Source: a bacterium UBP6_UBA1196 (lineage in GTDB: Bacteria > UBP6 > UBA1177). Taken from it: DNA of 54,054 nt. A model generated the notes under the pieces. The model was not told the DNA's origin. It did no database searches and worked only from the letters and a program-made list of their open reading frames with translations. The position numbers and the translations under genes were made by a program. Shown piece after piece: positions 26,578 to 37,100 of the stretch. Positions within the stretch are counted from its first letter, which is position 1. Each line of letters opens with the position of its first letter. The stretch spans positions 1 to 54,054 of the forward strand of contig DBYC01000053.1 of NCBI GenBank assembly GCA_002310035.1, read 5' to 3'.

Positions 26578-27227
26578 TGAAAGCTAAAGGTTTTTCGCTT
26601 ATAGAAGTTCTTGCGGCGATAACCATACTTTCAGGAGTTCTGTTCGCGGCTTCGCGGATAATCTCGGCAAGTTATATCTATGCGTCAAAAGTTCACAACA
26701 TTTATCTGGGAACTGAGCTCTGCCGTCTGAAACTGCATGATGTCGAGGAGATCATAAACGAGGATGGACTGCCGGAAGACGAGACCGAAGAAGAAGGCGA
26801 TTTCGAAGACCGGGAATATGAGGGATTCCGCTGGAAATATTCGATAAAGCGCGTCTTTATCCCGCTTCCCGATTTTTCAACGAGTGCCGACGACGGTTCA
26901 TATCTCGACCAGAGTGCGTCAATGCTTTCGCTTGCGAAAGGAAATATCGAGGATTTTTTCAGGGATCGCATAAGAAAACTGACGGTTTCGGTTTTCTGGG
27001 GCGAAGGTGTAAAGGAATCGGAAAAAGTTGTTTTCACTGTTTTTCTCACGACCAAAGGAAGCGTGAGGACTTTCCAGCAGTACACCGGCGGGAACGGTGG
27101 AAACAACGGCGGTAAAGGGAACAAGGGAGGCAATGTGCCGAAAAACAGGTTCGAAGGCCTGAACAAAGGCGGCGGGAACCAGTCTCCCAACAATATGTTT
27201 AACGGCGGTGCGCCGAAAGGAAAATGA
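26574..27227 (+). CDS. gspI: minor pseudopilin (GspI position) with Gly/Asn-rich tail
   Basis: Prepilin N-terminus MMKAKG|FSLIEVLAAITIL, with 4-nt overlap to the previous gene. Assignment is by gene order. Confidence 0.55.
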   Translation: MMKAKGFSLIEVLAAITILSGVLFAASRIISASYIYASKVHNIYLGTELCRLKLHDVEEIINEDGLPEDETEEEGDFEDREYEGFRWKYSIKRVFIPLPDFSTSADDGSYLDQSASMLSLAKGNIEDFFRDRIRKLTVSVFWGEGVKESEKVVFTVFLTTKGSVRTFQQYTGGNGGNNGGKGNKGGNVPKNRFEGLNKGGGNQSPNNMFNGGAPKGK

Positions 27228-27877
27228 TGAAAAAAGGATTCACTTTAATAGAAGTTCTGCTTGCGATGAGTATCACGGTCATTCTTGTCGCATCGGTCTA
27301 TTTCTCATTTTCCAACCTGCTTAACGGCAGGGCGAAGATCAAGGCTGTCACGGAGAGGGAGCGCGGGATCTATTTTACTCTGGAACTTATCAGAAACGAT
27401 CTGATAAATGCTTATCTCACGGTGAACAAAGGCGTTCCGGAAGAGACACACAAGACTGTTTTCAAGAGTGAGGACGAAGATCCGGTGAGCCATGTCACTT
27501 TCACTTCCATAAACCATGTGAAAATGTCGGCCGAGGCCAAGCAGTGCGATCAGACAGAGATCGAATACTACGGTGAAAACATTGAAGGCGAAAATGTTCT
27601 TTTCCGCAGGGAAAGCCTGTGGGTAGACCATGATCCTGAGCGCGGCGGCAACGTTTACCCTGTGCTTAAAGGTTTTAAAAGCATCAAATTCGAATACTGG
27701 CGCACGACGACGAAAGAGTGGGTCGATCACTGGAACACCGAAAGTATCGACAATGTGAACTCTCTGCCGCCGAAAATAAAGATAACGATGATTGCCGAAG
27801 AAGGTGAGTTCGGCAAAGAGGATTATAAAATAGAAACTGTTGTAAACCTTAAAATGACTAAACCATTTAGTTTTTAA
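27224..27877 (+). CDS. gspJ: minor pseudopilin (GspJ position)
   Basis: Prepilin N-terminus MMKKG|FTLIEVLLAMSITVIL, with 4-nt overlap to the previous gene. Assignment is by gene order. Confidence 0.55.
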   Translation: MMKKGFTLIEVLLAMSITVILVASVYFSFSNLLNGRAKIKAVTERERGIYFTLELIRNDLINAYLTVNKGVPEETHKTVFKSEDEDPVSHVTFTSINHVKMSAEAKQCDQTEIEYYGENIEGENVLFRRESLWVDHDPERGGNVYPVLKGFKSIKFEYWRTTTKEWVDHWNTESIDNVNSLPPKIKITMIAEEGEFGKEDYKIETVVNLKMTKPFSF

Positions 27878-27878
27878 G

Positions 27879-29102
27879 ATGTCGAAATTACTGGATAAAA
27901 TAAAGAAGGCTGTTTCGGATGAAAACGGTTCTTCCGCCAGAAGGCGCGGATTTGCGCTGGTGATCGTCCTTGTGATGATTGCAGTCATGCTGCCGATAGT
28001 GAGCGATATGAACTACGAGGCGAAAACCGAGTTTGACCTTGCGATGAACTATAAGCACAAGGCCGAGGCGCGTGCTCTGGCTTCCAGTGCCGTAAATTTT
28101 GCGGTAATTATTTTCGACCTGCAGAAACAGGTCGAGAGCATTCTAAGGCAGTTCGACATGTCAAACCAGATAGAGATCTGGGATATAATCCCGATGGATA
28201 CCGCACTGCTGCGTACTTTCACCGATGCCGGGCCGTTTGTCGATATCGAGGATGTCGTTTCGAAAACCGATACCGACAAACCGAAAGGCGCGGCGACTAA
28301 CGACGAGGAGGGTGAACACACTTACACCGAAACTGGAGATCCGATATTTCAGTTTCCAGGTGATTTCAAAGTGGAGTTCAAGGGCGAGGATACGAAAATC
28401 AACCTCAACCAGCTGGCCTACGGTGCGAAATCTGCTGTTATAAAAATGCTTGAAGCCCTGATCGAACCTGAATTTTACGACTTTATTTTTCTCGAGAACA
28501 CTTCGAGAAAAGAGTATGTCGACCGCGAAGAACTGATTCAGAACATCGTCGACTGGGTCGATATGGGCGATGACAAATACACAGACGGTGCAAAATACCT
28601 GACCGGCGGCGACGAGCAGTCGAACTATGACGATTTTGAGCCTGAATACAAGGTGAAAAACGCGAAATTCGATACGGTGCAGGAACTGATGATGGTTTAC
28701 GGCGTGAATGACCTGATTTTCAAGATCCTCGAGCCTTATGTCACGATCTATTCGACAGGAAAAATCAATGTGAACAAGGCAAACCATGAAATGATCGAAG
28801 GGCTGATCCGCGCTTATGCAGTGGATAAGGCCCTGCCGGTTTTCTACAACGAGGATGCTATGCGCGAGCTTTTGGGCAAGATTCTAGCGAAGAGGGCGCA
28901 GTACGGTTTTCAGAATCTTGACGACTTCAAAACAGCCTGTGCGGACGAGGGTGTCAATCTTGACAAATCGATTTCGGAAATCGCCGATGTCACAGGCAGC
29001 ATCTACCGTATCAGGGCTGTGGGAATCAAGGAAGGGATCGAAAGCTGGGTCGAGATGATCGTCGACCGAGAAGGGAACATTTACTATTACAGAGAAGGAT
29101 AA
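27879..29102 (+). CDS. gspK: minor pseudopilin GspK-like
   Basis: RRRG|FALVIVLVMIAVM lacks Glu+5, as expected for GspK. The 407-aa size and the position after G-H-I-J also fit. Confidence 0.65.
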   Translation: MSKLLDKIKKAVSDENGSSARRRGFALVIVLVMIAVMLPIVSDMNYEAKTEFDLAMNYKHKAEARALASSAVNFAVIIFDLQKQVESILRQFDMSNQIEIWDIIPMDTALLRTFTDAGPFVDIEDVVSKTDTDKPKGAATNDEEGEHTYTETGDPIFQFPGDFKVEFKGEDTKINLNQLAYGAKSAVIKMLEALIEPEFYDFIFLENTSRKEYVDREELIQNIVDWVDMGDDKYTDGAKYLTGGDEQSNYDDFEPEYKVKNAKFDTVQELMMVYGVNDLIFKILEPYVTIYSTGKINVNKANHEMIEGLIRAYAVDKALPVFYNEDAMRELLGKILAKRAQYGFQNLDDFKTACADEGVNLDKSISEIADVTGSIYRIRAVGIKEGIESWVEMIVDREGNIYYYREG

Positions 29103-29133
29103 ATTTAATGAAATCAATATGTTGGGGTGAAAA

Positions 29134-30612
29134 ATGAAGTTTGCTTCATGCAGAGCCGTTCACGGCGGATTTCTGATCGACACTTTTTCCAAAGAGTACA
29201 ACAAGACTGTTTTCGAAAAAAGCGAGTTCGCGAATAAAGATGCCGCAGTGGATATTTTCAAGAATTTTGATTACATAGATTTTGTCTGTCCAGGCAGGGA
29301 TCTGCTTTATTTCGCAAGAAACTATCCGCCTGTAAAATATGCTTATCTCAGAAAAATCGTTGCGCAGGACATTGAGTCGGAAACTCCGTTTAAGGAAGAC
29401 GAGATGCTGATCGAGGTGAAGAATTTCCAGAAAGGAAGCGGGGAAATGAATGTCTTTGCCGTAGGAAAGGATGTCGTCCGCAACGCTTTGGCCGGGTTTG
29501 ACGATTCGGCGAGAGAGAAGGTCAGGAGCATTGTTCCAGAGGAAGTGCTTTTTTTCAAGTCGGAAATCCCGTTGAAAAAAGCGATATTCGTCAACGACGA
29601 TTATTCGCTGATGGTGCTTCCTGACGGCCAGATCGTTATGAACGGCGGCCTTGACGAGCTCAGAAGCGACATGCTTGCCATTTTCGGCGGCGAGGATCCG
29701 CAGGCCGAGCTTGATTCATGGCTGAAAGTAGCCGGAAATCTGAGTGCTACTGAAGGTCTAAGCGACATTGAAGTAAGGATCCGCAAGACGATAATCTCGT
29801 TTTTTGAGAAAACTTTCGATTTTTTTGCTCCGTTTGCAGGTGACCAGGGTGAAACAGCGGTTTTCACCGGCGGTATCCTTCCTGAAGGAACTGCCGAGAT
29901 CATTGAGGGAATTGATTCTTCGCAGTTTTCGGGATCCAGATTCATAGTTTATGATTACACTCATCAGCTCGAGATGGCTTCCAATGCAGTAGACGATGAC
30001 AGTGCTGTCAATTTTGCAGTCGGTGATTTTGCCTACAAAGGCGGTTTTGCATTTTTGAAAAAACGGGCGATCGTTGCGGCAGTGCTTTATGTTTTAGCTG
30101 TTTTTATGCTGGTTTTCGGGATGGAAATGCGCAAAAGCTACCTTGATTCGCGGATCGAGGCAGGCGAGGAGAGGACGAAACAGCTGATGAAAGATGTTAT
30201 CGGCAAGGAGATGCCTTCACTCAGGCAGGCTCTTTCGATCATGGACAAGGCTATAAAAGGCGAGGCCGGAGCGGCGGACAAAAAAGCGGTCTATCCGTAC
30301 AGCGCGCTTTATATCATGGAAGTCGTCTTCCCTTATTTCACATTTGAAAACAGCACGATCGAAGTTTCCGAAATTTCGATCAAGGAAGAGGGCAAGATCA
30401 GAGTGGTAGGAACAAGCAATTCACTTGAAGATATTAATAAATTCACGGAGTTGCTTGAACAGGATCCGCTGATCGACGAAATAAACCGCGGACAGATCAA
30501 CACAAGGGGCGACAAAAGCTCGTTCAATATTTCGTTCAACTATGCCGGCCCGAAAAAAGAAGATGCAAAAGCCAAGAAAACCAAGAAAAAAGGTAAGGAA
30601 AACAACGATTAG
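29134..30612 (+). CDS. gspL: GspL-like assembly platform protein (bitopic)
   Basis: 492 aa with a ~310-aa cytoplasmic part, a single TM (AIVAAVLYVLAVFMLVFGM) and a periplasmic C-domain. The call rests on position and topology, not recognised motifs. Confidence 0.5.
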   Translation: MKFASCRAVHGGFLIDTFSKEYNKTVFEKSEFANKDAAVDIFKNFDYIDFVCPGRDLLYFARNYPPVKYAYLRKIVAQDIESETPFKEDEMLIEVKNFQKGSGEMNVFAVGKDVVRNALAGFDDSAREKVRSIVPEEVLFFKSEIPLKKAIFVNDDYSLMVLPDGQIVMNGGLDELRSDMLAIFGGEDPQAELDSWLKVAGNLSATEGLSDIEVRIRKTIISFFEKTFDFFAPFAGDQGETAVFTGGILPEGTAEIIEGIDSSQFSGSRFIVYDYTHQLEMASNAVDDDSAVNFAVGDFAYKGGFAFLKKRAIVAAVLYVLAVFMLVFGMEMRKSYLDSRIEAGEERTKQLMKDVIGKEMPSLRQALSIMDKAIKGEAGAADKKAVYPYSALYIMEVVFPYFTFENSTIEVSEISIKEEGKIRVVGTSNSLEDINKFTELLEQDPLIDEINRGQINTRGDKSSFNISFNYAGPKKEDAKAKKTKKKGKENND

Positions 30613-30618
30613 GAGAGC

Positions 30619-31167
30619 GTGATGAAAGAAAAACTGATTGAAGCATTAAATAATTTCAGCGAACGGGAACGCGTCATCCTTGTCGGATTCCTGAGTTTCG
30701 TAATGATTTTCATTTTTGTCGCGATCTGGTTTTTTATGAGTTCGTCGATAGAGGACAAGAAAAACACGATCGTAGAACAGGAAAAGATGATCCAGGAGAT
30801 GGTTTCCAAGAAGGAACTTTTTAAAAAGGCGCAGGCGCAGAACACACAGATGCAGGACAGCATGGATTCGAGCAATGTCAACCTCAATTCCGATATTTCT
30901 ACAGTTAAGGAAAGCGTAGGGATCCCGATAAGTTCGATAAAAGAGATAAAACCGCGCAAAAAAGGGGATATCAACATCGAAAGAGTCGAGCTCAATCTCC
31001 GCGAGGTATCGCTTGACCAGACCCTGACCTTTCTTTACGGACTCGAAAACAAAGGACGCTATGTTTTTGTCGATTCTATAACGATAAAAAAGCGTTTCAA
31101 TAAGCAGAATTACGATGTTTCACTTGTCGTGGCGGCAATGAAGAAGGAGAGCGCAAATGGGAACTAA
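30619..31167 (+). CDS. gspM: GspM-like protein
   Basis: 182 aa with N-terminal TM (VILVGFLSFVMIFIFVAIWFF) and a periplasmic domain. AGGAGA RBS, with GTG 30619 or ATG 30622 as start. Assignment is by position and topology. Confidence 0.5.
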   Translation: MMKEKLIEALNNFSERERVILVGFLSFVMIFIFVAIWFFMSSSIEDKKNTIVEQEKMIQEMVSKKELFKKAQAQNTQMQDSMDSSNVNLNSDISTVKESVGIPISSIKEIKPRKKGDINIERVELNLREVSLDQTLTFLYGLENKGRYVFVDSITIKKRFNKQNYDVSLVVAAMKKESANGN

Positions 31168-32581
31168 GTTGTCGAAAATATTGAATAAGATAAATAGCTT
31201 GCCTGTTTCGGGCAAGGCTCTTGCCGTGATAAAGCTCATTCTTTTTATCGATGCGGCCGTCATTATCGGGCTCTGGCTGGGAATAAAACTCTTTTTCCCT
31301 GACGATTTCGTCCTTTCTAAGATCAACGAGCAGCTTTTTGTGAGGGATATGGCTCTTTTGGCTGACGATGTCGAGCTTTCCCTTCTCGGCAACATTTCGT
31401 TTGAAGACGGAACTCTCATGCAGAGAGGAAACAAGGCTCTCTCTTTTTCTAAACTCTCTTTTTCACCTAAGATTTTTGCCACTTTGGGCGGACATCCTGC
31501 CGGAAAGATTTATGTCGGCGACATGAATGCGCAGGGCGGAGAGCTTGAAGCATCGTTCGAGACCGGTGAAAATCCGTGTTACACTTTCGATTCGCAGGAA
31601 CTTCCGCTTTCCGTTTTAAAGCCTTTTCTGGGCGAAGTCGTTCTCACCGGAGCTTTGACGGGAGAAGGCGCTCTCTGCATGAAGGATGGAAAATTCAGCG
31701 GAAACATAAATTTAAAGGGCGACGATGTCGTTCTGCGTGGAAAAGTGCCGACACCGATGGGTGATTTCGATGTCGGAAAAATAATTCTGGGCGAAATGGA
31801 GCTCCTTGCTGAAATCATCGACAATAAAGCCGAAATCAAGCATCTTTCTGTCAAAGGGATTTTTGAGCTCGAGGCGCTCGGAAAAGTCACTCTGAATACC
31901 AGAAATCCCGCTTCGTCAAGGCTTGATCTCGAAATTAAGGCCAAAATTCCAGACATGGAAAAAATCTCTGAGAATGTCGCTCTGAACCTGCTTGTAAGCC
32001 AGCTTTCCCAGTACAAAGGCGAAGAGGAGAACAGCTTCGCGCTCACGCTCAAAGGCTTCTTGAACAAACCGCAGCCGGGAAAAGCTTCAAAGGAACGGCG
32101 TGAACCTAAAAATGAAACGCGGCAGAAAAAAGCCGACAGACCGCAGAAACTCCAGCGCTTTTCTCCGTCGGAAAGACTTCCGCAGAGAGCCAAACCTGAC
32201 GATGTTCCGTCTGCCGCCAGAGAGGAAAACGCGAAAGCCGATCAGCAGAACGACGAACTCCGGAAAAAAGAAGACGAACTCAAGCGCAAGGAAGACGAGC
32301 TGAAGAGAAAAGAAGAGGCTGCAAAAGAGCGCGAGGAGAGAATGCGCGAGGAGCGCGAACAGCGCGAAAGAGAGGAAAAGGAACGGCGCGAACAGGAAGA
32401 GAAAAGCCGTATGGAGGAAGAAGCCAGAATCCACGCTGCTCAGGAAGCCGCAATGGATGAAATCCGCAAAGCCAGAGAGGAGATCGAGGCTTCAAGGCGC
32501 AACAATCCTCCCGAGGATGACGGAGAGGAATCGCGACGCAAACCTAACAGCGACGAAAAAACAGAAGGTGAGGAAGAATAA
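31157..32581 (+). CDS. GspN-like protein with ~165-aa highly charged (E/R/K) C-terminal extension
   Basis: N-terminal TM (ALAVIKLILFIDAAVIIGLWLGIKLFF), ~280-aa beta-rich region, then KEDELKRKEDELKRKEEAAKEREERMREEREQREREEKERREQEEK. Assignment is by position only. Confidence 0.4.
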   Translation: MGTKLSKILNKINSLPVSGKALAVIKLILFIDAAVIIGLWLGIKLFFPDDFVLSKINEQLFVRDMALLADDVELSLLGNISFEDGTLMQRGNKALSFSKLSFSPKIFATLGGHPAGKIYVGDMNAQGGELEASFETGENPCYTFDSQELPLSVLKPFLGEVVLTGALTGEGALCMKDGKFSGNINLKGDDVVLRGKVPTPMGDFDVGKIILGEMELLAEIIDNKAEIKHLSVKGIFELEALGKVTLNTRNPASSRLDLEIKAKIPDMEKISENVALNLLVSQLSQYKGEEENSFALTLKGFLNKPQPGKASKERREPKNETRQKKADRPQKLQRFSPSERLPQRAKPDDVPSAAREENAKADQQNDELRKKEDELKRKEDELKRKEEAAKEREERMREEREQREREEKERREQEEKSRMEEEARIHAAQEAAMDEIRKAREEIEASRRNNPPEDDGEESRRKPNSDEKTEGEEE

Positions 32582-32603
32582 AGGTGATTAGAGGAGGAAC
32601 GAA

Positions 32604-34157
32604 ATGCAAAAGTTGCTGAATTTGTTGATTGTTTTACTGATTGTCGTTTTGTTTTCCTGTTCCTCATCCACTTCTTCCAATGATTCTGACAGTGTTCCTG
32701 ATTCCGATTCCGACAATTCGGAAACATTTGACAATGATTCTGACTCGCAAGATTCCAATTTTATTGATGATTCCGACAAAACGCCGGATGCTGATCAAAA
32801 CAACATTACTGATGCCGATTCCGATGAATGCCAACCGCTTTTAAGCGAAGCTGATTTTCCATATTACGATGCAAACGGAAAAATCACTTTCTGCCGCCCG
32901 GGCTGCGACACTCCGACAAAAGACGATCCGATCTGTATCGGCAATCTCTGGGATGAACAGAATGAAAAACTTTGTCACGAATATCCTGAATACTCTTGCT
33001 GCGGAACACCGTGTGTTCTTGAAAGTCTGAAACCATGGACAAAGGAAAGACTTGTCGAAGAATATCCGACAGTTGCAGAGGTAATACCAATGCACAAGTG
33101 TGATTTGGAGATAGGTCAAATCAACTGGGGATTGGATGATTCTCACGGCGTTGTGAAATCTTGGAATATGAGCGACGGGAAAATCGGGTTTCAAATGTAT
33201 CCAGCCAAAATCAATTATGATAAATATCCATCAAAAAGGAAATATGTAACTTACGACATCGCGACACAAAAATACAATTTTATTGTTCCGTCCCGTGTTC
33301 AGGAACAGGCTTATTGCAAAGGTAAAAGACTCGCTTTAATTTCAGACAAGCGAAGTCTTGACTTTAACAATAAAAACATTTTTCTTGCCTATATCGGCGA
33401 TGATGCAAAAGTTGAAATAGTCTATGATAAAAAAGTTAAAAGTATTTCTTATGAGCCCGCTCTGAATGATAAATGGGCTTTTGTCAATCTTGTTGATTCT
33501 AACGGAAAACAAATGATGTATGCCAAAGTCGGAGAATGGAAGTGGGCTTCACTTGGTGACGGTTTGGGGTGGGAACCTGAAATTGTAGGCAACAGATTGG
33601 CTTTGTATAGGGATGATTTTAAAGGCTATATATGTGATTTAGACAAATATCCAAAAAGTCTTGATGAATGTTACAACATCAATGATGGAGAAAAAGTTCG
33701 TTATGTTGCCTTGGACAAAGAAGACAGCAATAGAGCCGTATATAGTGCCAATCAGGGAAAAATCGTTTTAATGGAATACAAAAATGAAAAGTGGAATTAC
33801 AGCGACTTGATAACCTCATTTTCCGATGAAATCACCGGAAAAGTGAATATATTGGGCTTTATAATCAACATGTTCCGCGGAAATATGCTGCTTTATGAAG
33901 AGGCATTTACCACTGGAGAACAAGGTGTTGTTCCAGCCAACAAACTTTGTTATTACAATCTAAAATTGAAAAAATCATACTGCATGAAAAAAATGGAGGA
34001 TGAGTCAGAGTATGATGGTATTCCGATATATTCTTACGGAGATGCCGAGTTTGAGGGGAAATGGTTGCTTTACCAGAAAAGGAACTCTACTCCCCTAATA
34101 CTTCGGGATATGGAATGTTATTGTCAAGAAGAAAATATATGTCCTTTTGAGGAATAA
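32604..34157 (+). CDS. secreted Cys-rich paralog-family lipoprotein, copy A (function unknown)
   Basis: GAGGAGG RBS and lipobox VVLFSC|SSS. D/S-rich linker, Cys module (FPYYD...FCRPGCDTPTKDDPIC), and conserved C-terminus FEGKWLLYQKRNSTPLILRDMECYCQEENICPFEE. Confidence 0.8.
   Translation: MQKLLNLLIVLLIVVLFSCSSSTSSNDSDSVPDSDSDNSETFDNDSDSQDSNFIDDSDKTPDADQNNITDADSDECQPLLSEADFPYYDANGKITFCRPGCDTPTKDDPICIGNLWDEQNEKLCHEYPEYSCCGTPCVLESLKPWTKERLVEEYPTVAEVIPMHKCDLEIGQINWGLDDSHGVVKSWNMSDGKIGFQMYPAKINYDKYPSKRKYVTYDIATQKYNFIVPSRVQEQAYCKGKRLALISDKRSLDFNNKNIFLAYIGDDAKVEIVYDKKVKSISYEPALNDKWAFVNLVDSNGKQMMYAKVGEWKWASLGDGLGWEPEIVGNRLALYRDDFKGYICDLDKYPKSLDECYNINDGEKVRYVALDKEDSNRAVYSANQGKIVLMEYKNEKWNYSDLITSFSDEITGKVNILGFIINMFRGNMLLYEEAFTTGEQGVVPANKLCYYNLKLKKSYCMKKMEDESEYDGIPIYSYGDAEFEGKWLLYQKRNSTPLILRDMECYCQEENICPFEE
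32730..32772 (+). repeat. 43-nt segment identical to 38458..38500
   Basis: GACAATGATTCTGACTCGCAAGATTCCAATTTTATTGATGATT occurs in both paralog linkers (encoding DNDSDSQDSNFIDD), while the flanking sequence is diverged. Confidence 0.9.
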
Positions 34158-34174
34158 TTTATATTTGGGAGATT

Positions 34175-37100
34175 GTGATGAAAAAAATTAATATTTTTGT
34201 ATTGTTGCTAGCTTTGTTTTCTGCACAGGTTCTTTTTTCTGAAAGAATACCTGATGATTATGATGCATCTTTCCATAATTCGACTGTAATAATTAAAAGT
34301 TATGATCAAAATGCCAGCATTCCTTATATCCCACTGATTACTTATGAAAATTATCTTATTTCTCCTGATCACAGATCAAACGAATCTGGAAATATTAGTT
34401 CACATGAAACTCAGGGGATAGCGAATATTGATGGTGAATATTGGATTCTGTCAAAAAGCAGTTGGATTGACACTTTTACTGTTAATAACGAATATTTGTT
34501 TTCCGATTCCGACAAAGTAAATGTTATTAGAGGTGGCGATTTTAAAGATATAACTTTTTTTGATGGCAATCTTTATGTTTCTAAAAAAACAGAATTAGAG
34601 ATATATCCTTGGAATTATTTAGAAAAAAAGTTTGAAGAGAAAATTAAAACTCATTATATAGAAAACGAATCATTTGGATCAGCTGTACACAGGCAGGGCA
34701 AAATCTGGTTCTATGGAGCATTTGACGACGGTACGGACGATTACATTTATGGTCAAAAAATGCTGGATGGCAAAGGTCTTAGGCTGAGAGGGTGCAAGGA
34801 CAAAATTTTCTTATATGATAAAAACGGCAATAAAATAAATCACAATGAATTGACCGACTATCACTGGACTCAAGGAATGGCTTTTTCTCCGAACGGCAGA
34901 TATTTTTTCTATGTTCACGACGACGAACGAGATGAAAATTCTGACTATACTGGAATTTACATATATTATTTTGATGATGCTAATTTTTTGAAATTCACAT
35001 CGGATAGTGAAAATTGTGAAAACATCAATGCGGTAAAAGTCGGATTTATAAACATGAAATATGATCCTGATGTTGATGGTTGTACAGATGATGCTTGCAC
35101 CAGAATTACAGAACTTGAAGGAATAGACGCTGGAAATATTGGCGGATATGATTTGAGAATTTTAATATTACACAATGAATCAGGTACTCAAGAACATTAT
35201 TCGGTTTATCATTTTAAACTGAAGGACTATGACAACGACGACATCAAAGATATTTATGACAACTGTCCGTTTGACTCGAATCCAAATCAAGAAGATATGG
35301 ATAAAGATGGAATCGGCGATGTCTGTGACGAAGACATTGACGGCGATGGAATTCCAAACGAAGAAGACAACTGTCCTTATTTGTTTGATCAATTCAATAA
35401 AGAAATTTATTTTTGCATTGATACTGACAAAGACGCGGTCTGCAACGAATCTCCTTTTTTATGCATTGATTTTTATAGAAATCACTCTCTTAGTTTAGAG
35501 GCTCAAAAGGCACTACATGAACACGGATATAAAAATCGTTCCTTTATTACGCTTGACAGAACAACATATGTTATGATGATGAATTATGATAAACGCTTGA
35601 ATTTTATAGATAATTGTCCTGATAAAACAAATCCTTTTGTTCCTGAAAGCGGTGAAATAATGCTTGGAATAGATCCAGATCCAAGTGCTGAAAGCGGAAT
35701 CGGAGCTTTAGCTTTGTCTCAATTGTTTTATAAAAACAAAGAAACAAAAATTCCAAGAATTAATGCCTATCAATTATCAGACTTTTCTTTTTACTGGCAA
35801 CCTGACCACGATTTTGACGGGAAAGGTGATGCCTGCGATAAAGATTCACGATATTCCAGAGTTTACAACACTGAGTCTTACAGCAGAAATGATACTGATT
35901 CGGGGATTATGAATGAATATCTTGCGATTGACCTGAAAATGTTCGGTATTGTTGACGATACAAAAGAGCAAAGTTTGAGATACTGCAGTTTACCTTTGGA
36001 CGGACAATATAGCGGACTTTGGGGGACTGACGGCAGATGCACAACTACAGAAAACTCAGAAACTTACAAAGAACTTTCCAAAGGACAAAATTATTCTTTC
36101 AGTCATGGATCTGAGCCAAAACCGATAAACGATGATGATAAATATTCTTGGCGAAAACTAAAATGGGCAAGCAATCCGATTTGTGTATCCATAAATTCTA
36201 TCAATCAACAACATCCAAGAAATATGGGAAATAAAATAGTTATAAATCCAGATTGGTTGTGTATTGATGAAGATTCTCCGCGAGCCAGCACTTTGGAAAA
36301 ATCAACTATTTACTGGGATTGGAGAAGTAATTTTGCCGATGATTTTCCTGGATCTTGGTCTCAACTTTATCCAGAAACACTTCCTGAAGGGATGTTTATT
36401 TCGCATTTCAAATACACACTTTCAGTCGGCGTTAAAGGTGAAAAAGATGAGTATATATCAAGTAACGGCAAGATAAATGAAAATCATTTTTACAACAAGG
36501 AACGCTATACGCGAAGCAGGCGATGGTTTGATCAAACTGTCGGATATTACAAGTTGGTTATAGATTATATTGAGCCGGAAAAAATGATCTATTTTGACGA
36601 CTGGTGGCGTCAAATATACTTGAGAGAAGGTCTGCTTGACCCTGAAAAAGAGTGGAATAAATTCGACAAATGGCTTGGAGAATGGATCGGTTCGATAACT
36701 TCCGTTCCGATTTATGTCGATGAATCTTTCGGAGCTTTATTTGAACACAACGGCGGAATTTTTGCGTTAGACAAAGATCCTGAAACAGGTCAAATCTCAC
36801 TCAAATACGATATTGTTGAAAACACAGCAGGATGGACAACCGTCAGAAATTTTGACAATATTCCTGAATATTTAGAACCTGCCGGACTTTATGTCGCAGA
36901 CGACAGAAATTTTATTCTTCTTAAGAATGAAAGAAACGGAGAATATTCGCTGTTTAATGTCTTTAACGAAAATATTGAAGAAATTTCGAGACTTCCGATT
37001 TTAGGTGACTATACTTTTATTGAATACGGTAGCCATGTTTATTTGAGCGGCAACAGCGACGGATTTTTTGAAATGTTTGAGATTTTGGAAACGGAAAACG

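Noticed and set aside
18636-32581. Alternative reading of the secretion locus as a type IV pilus or competence system.
   Set aside because: The locus has a PDZ-containing GspC-like gene, a GspG-specific motif (QDPWGNEYVY), a GspK-like pseudopilin without Glu+5, tetra-Cys GspE and the full C-to-N gene order. No PilT-type retraction ATPase is present. All of this favours a T2SS.
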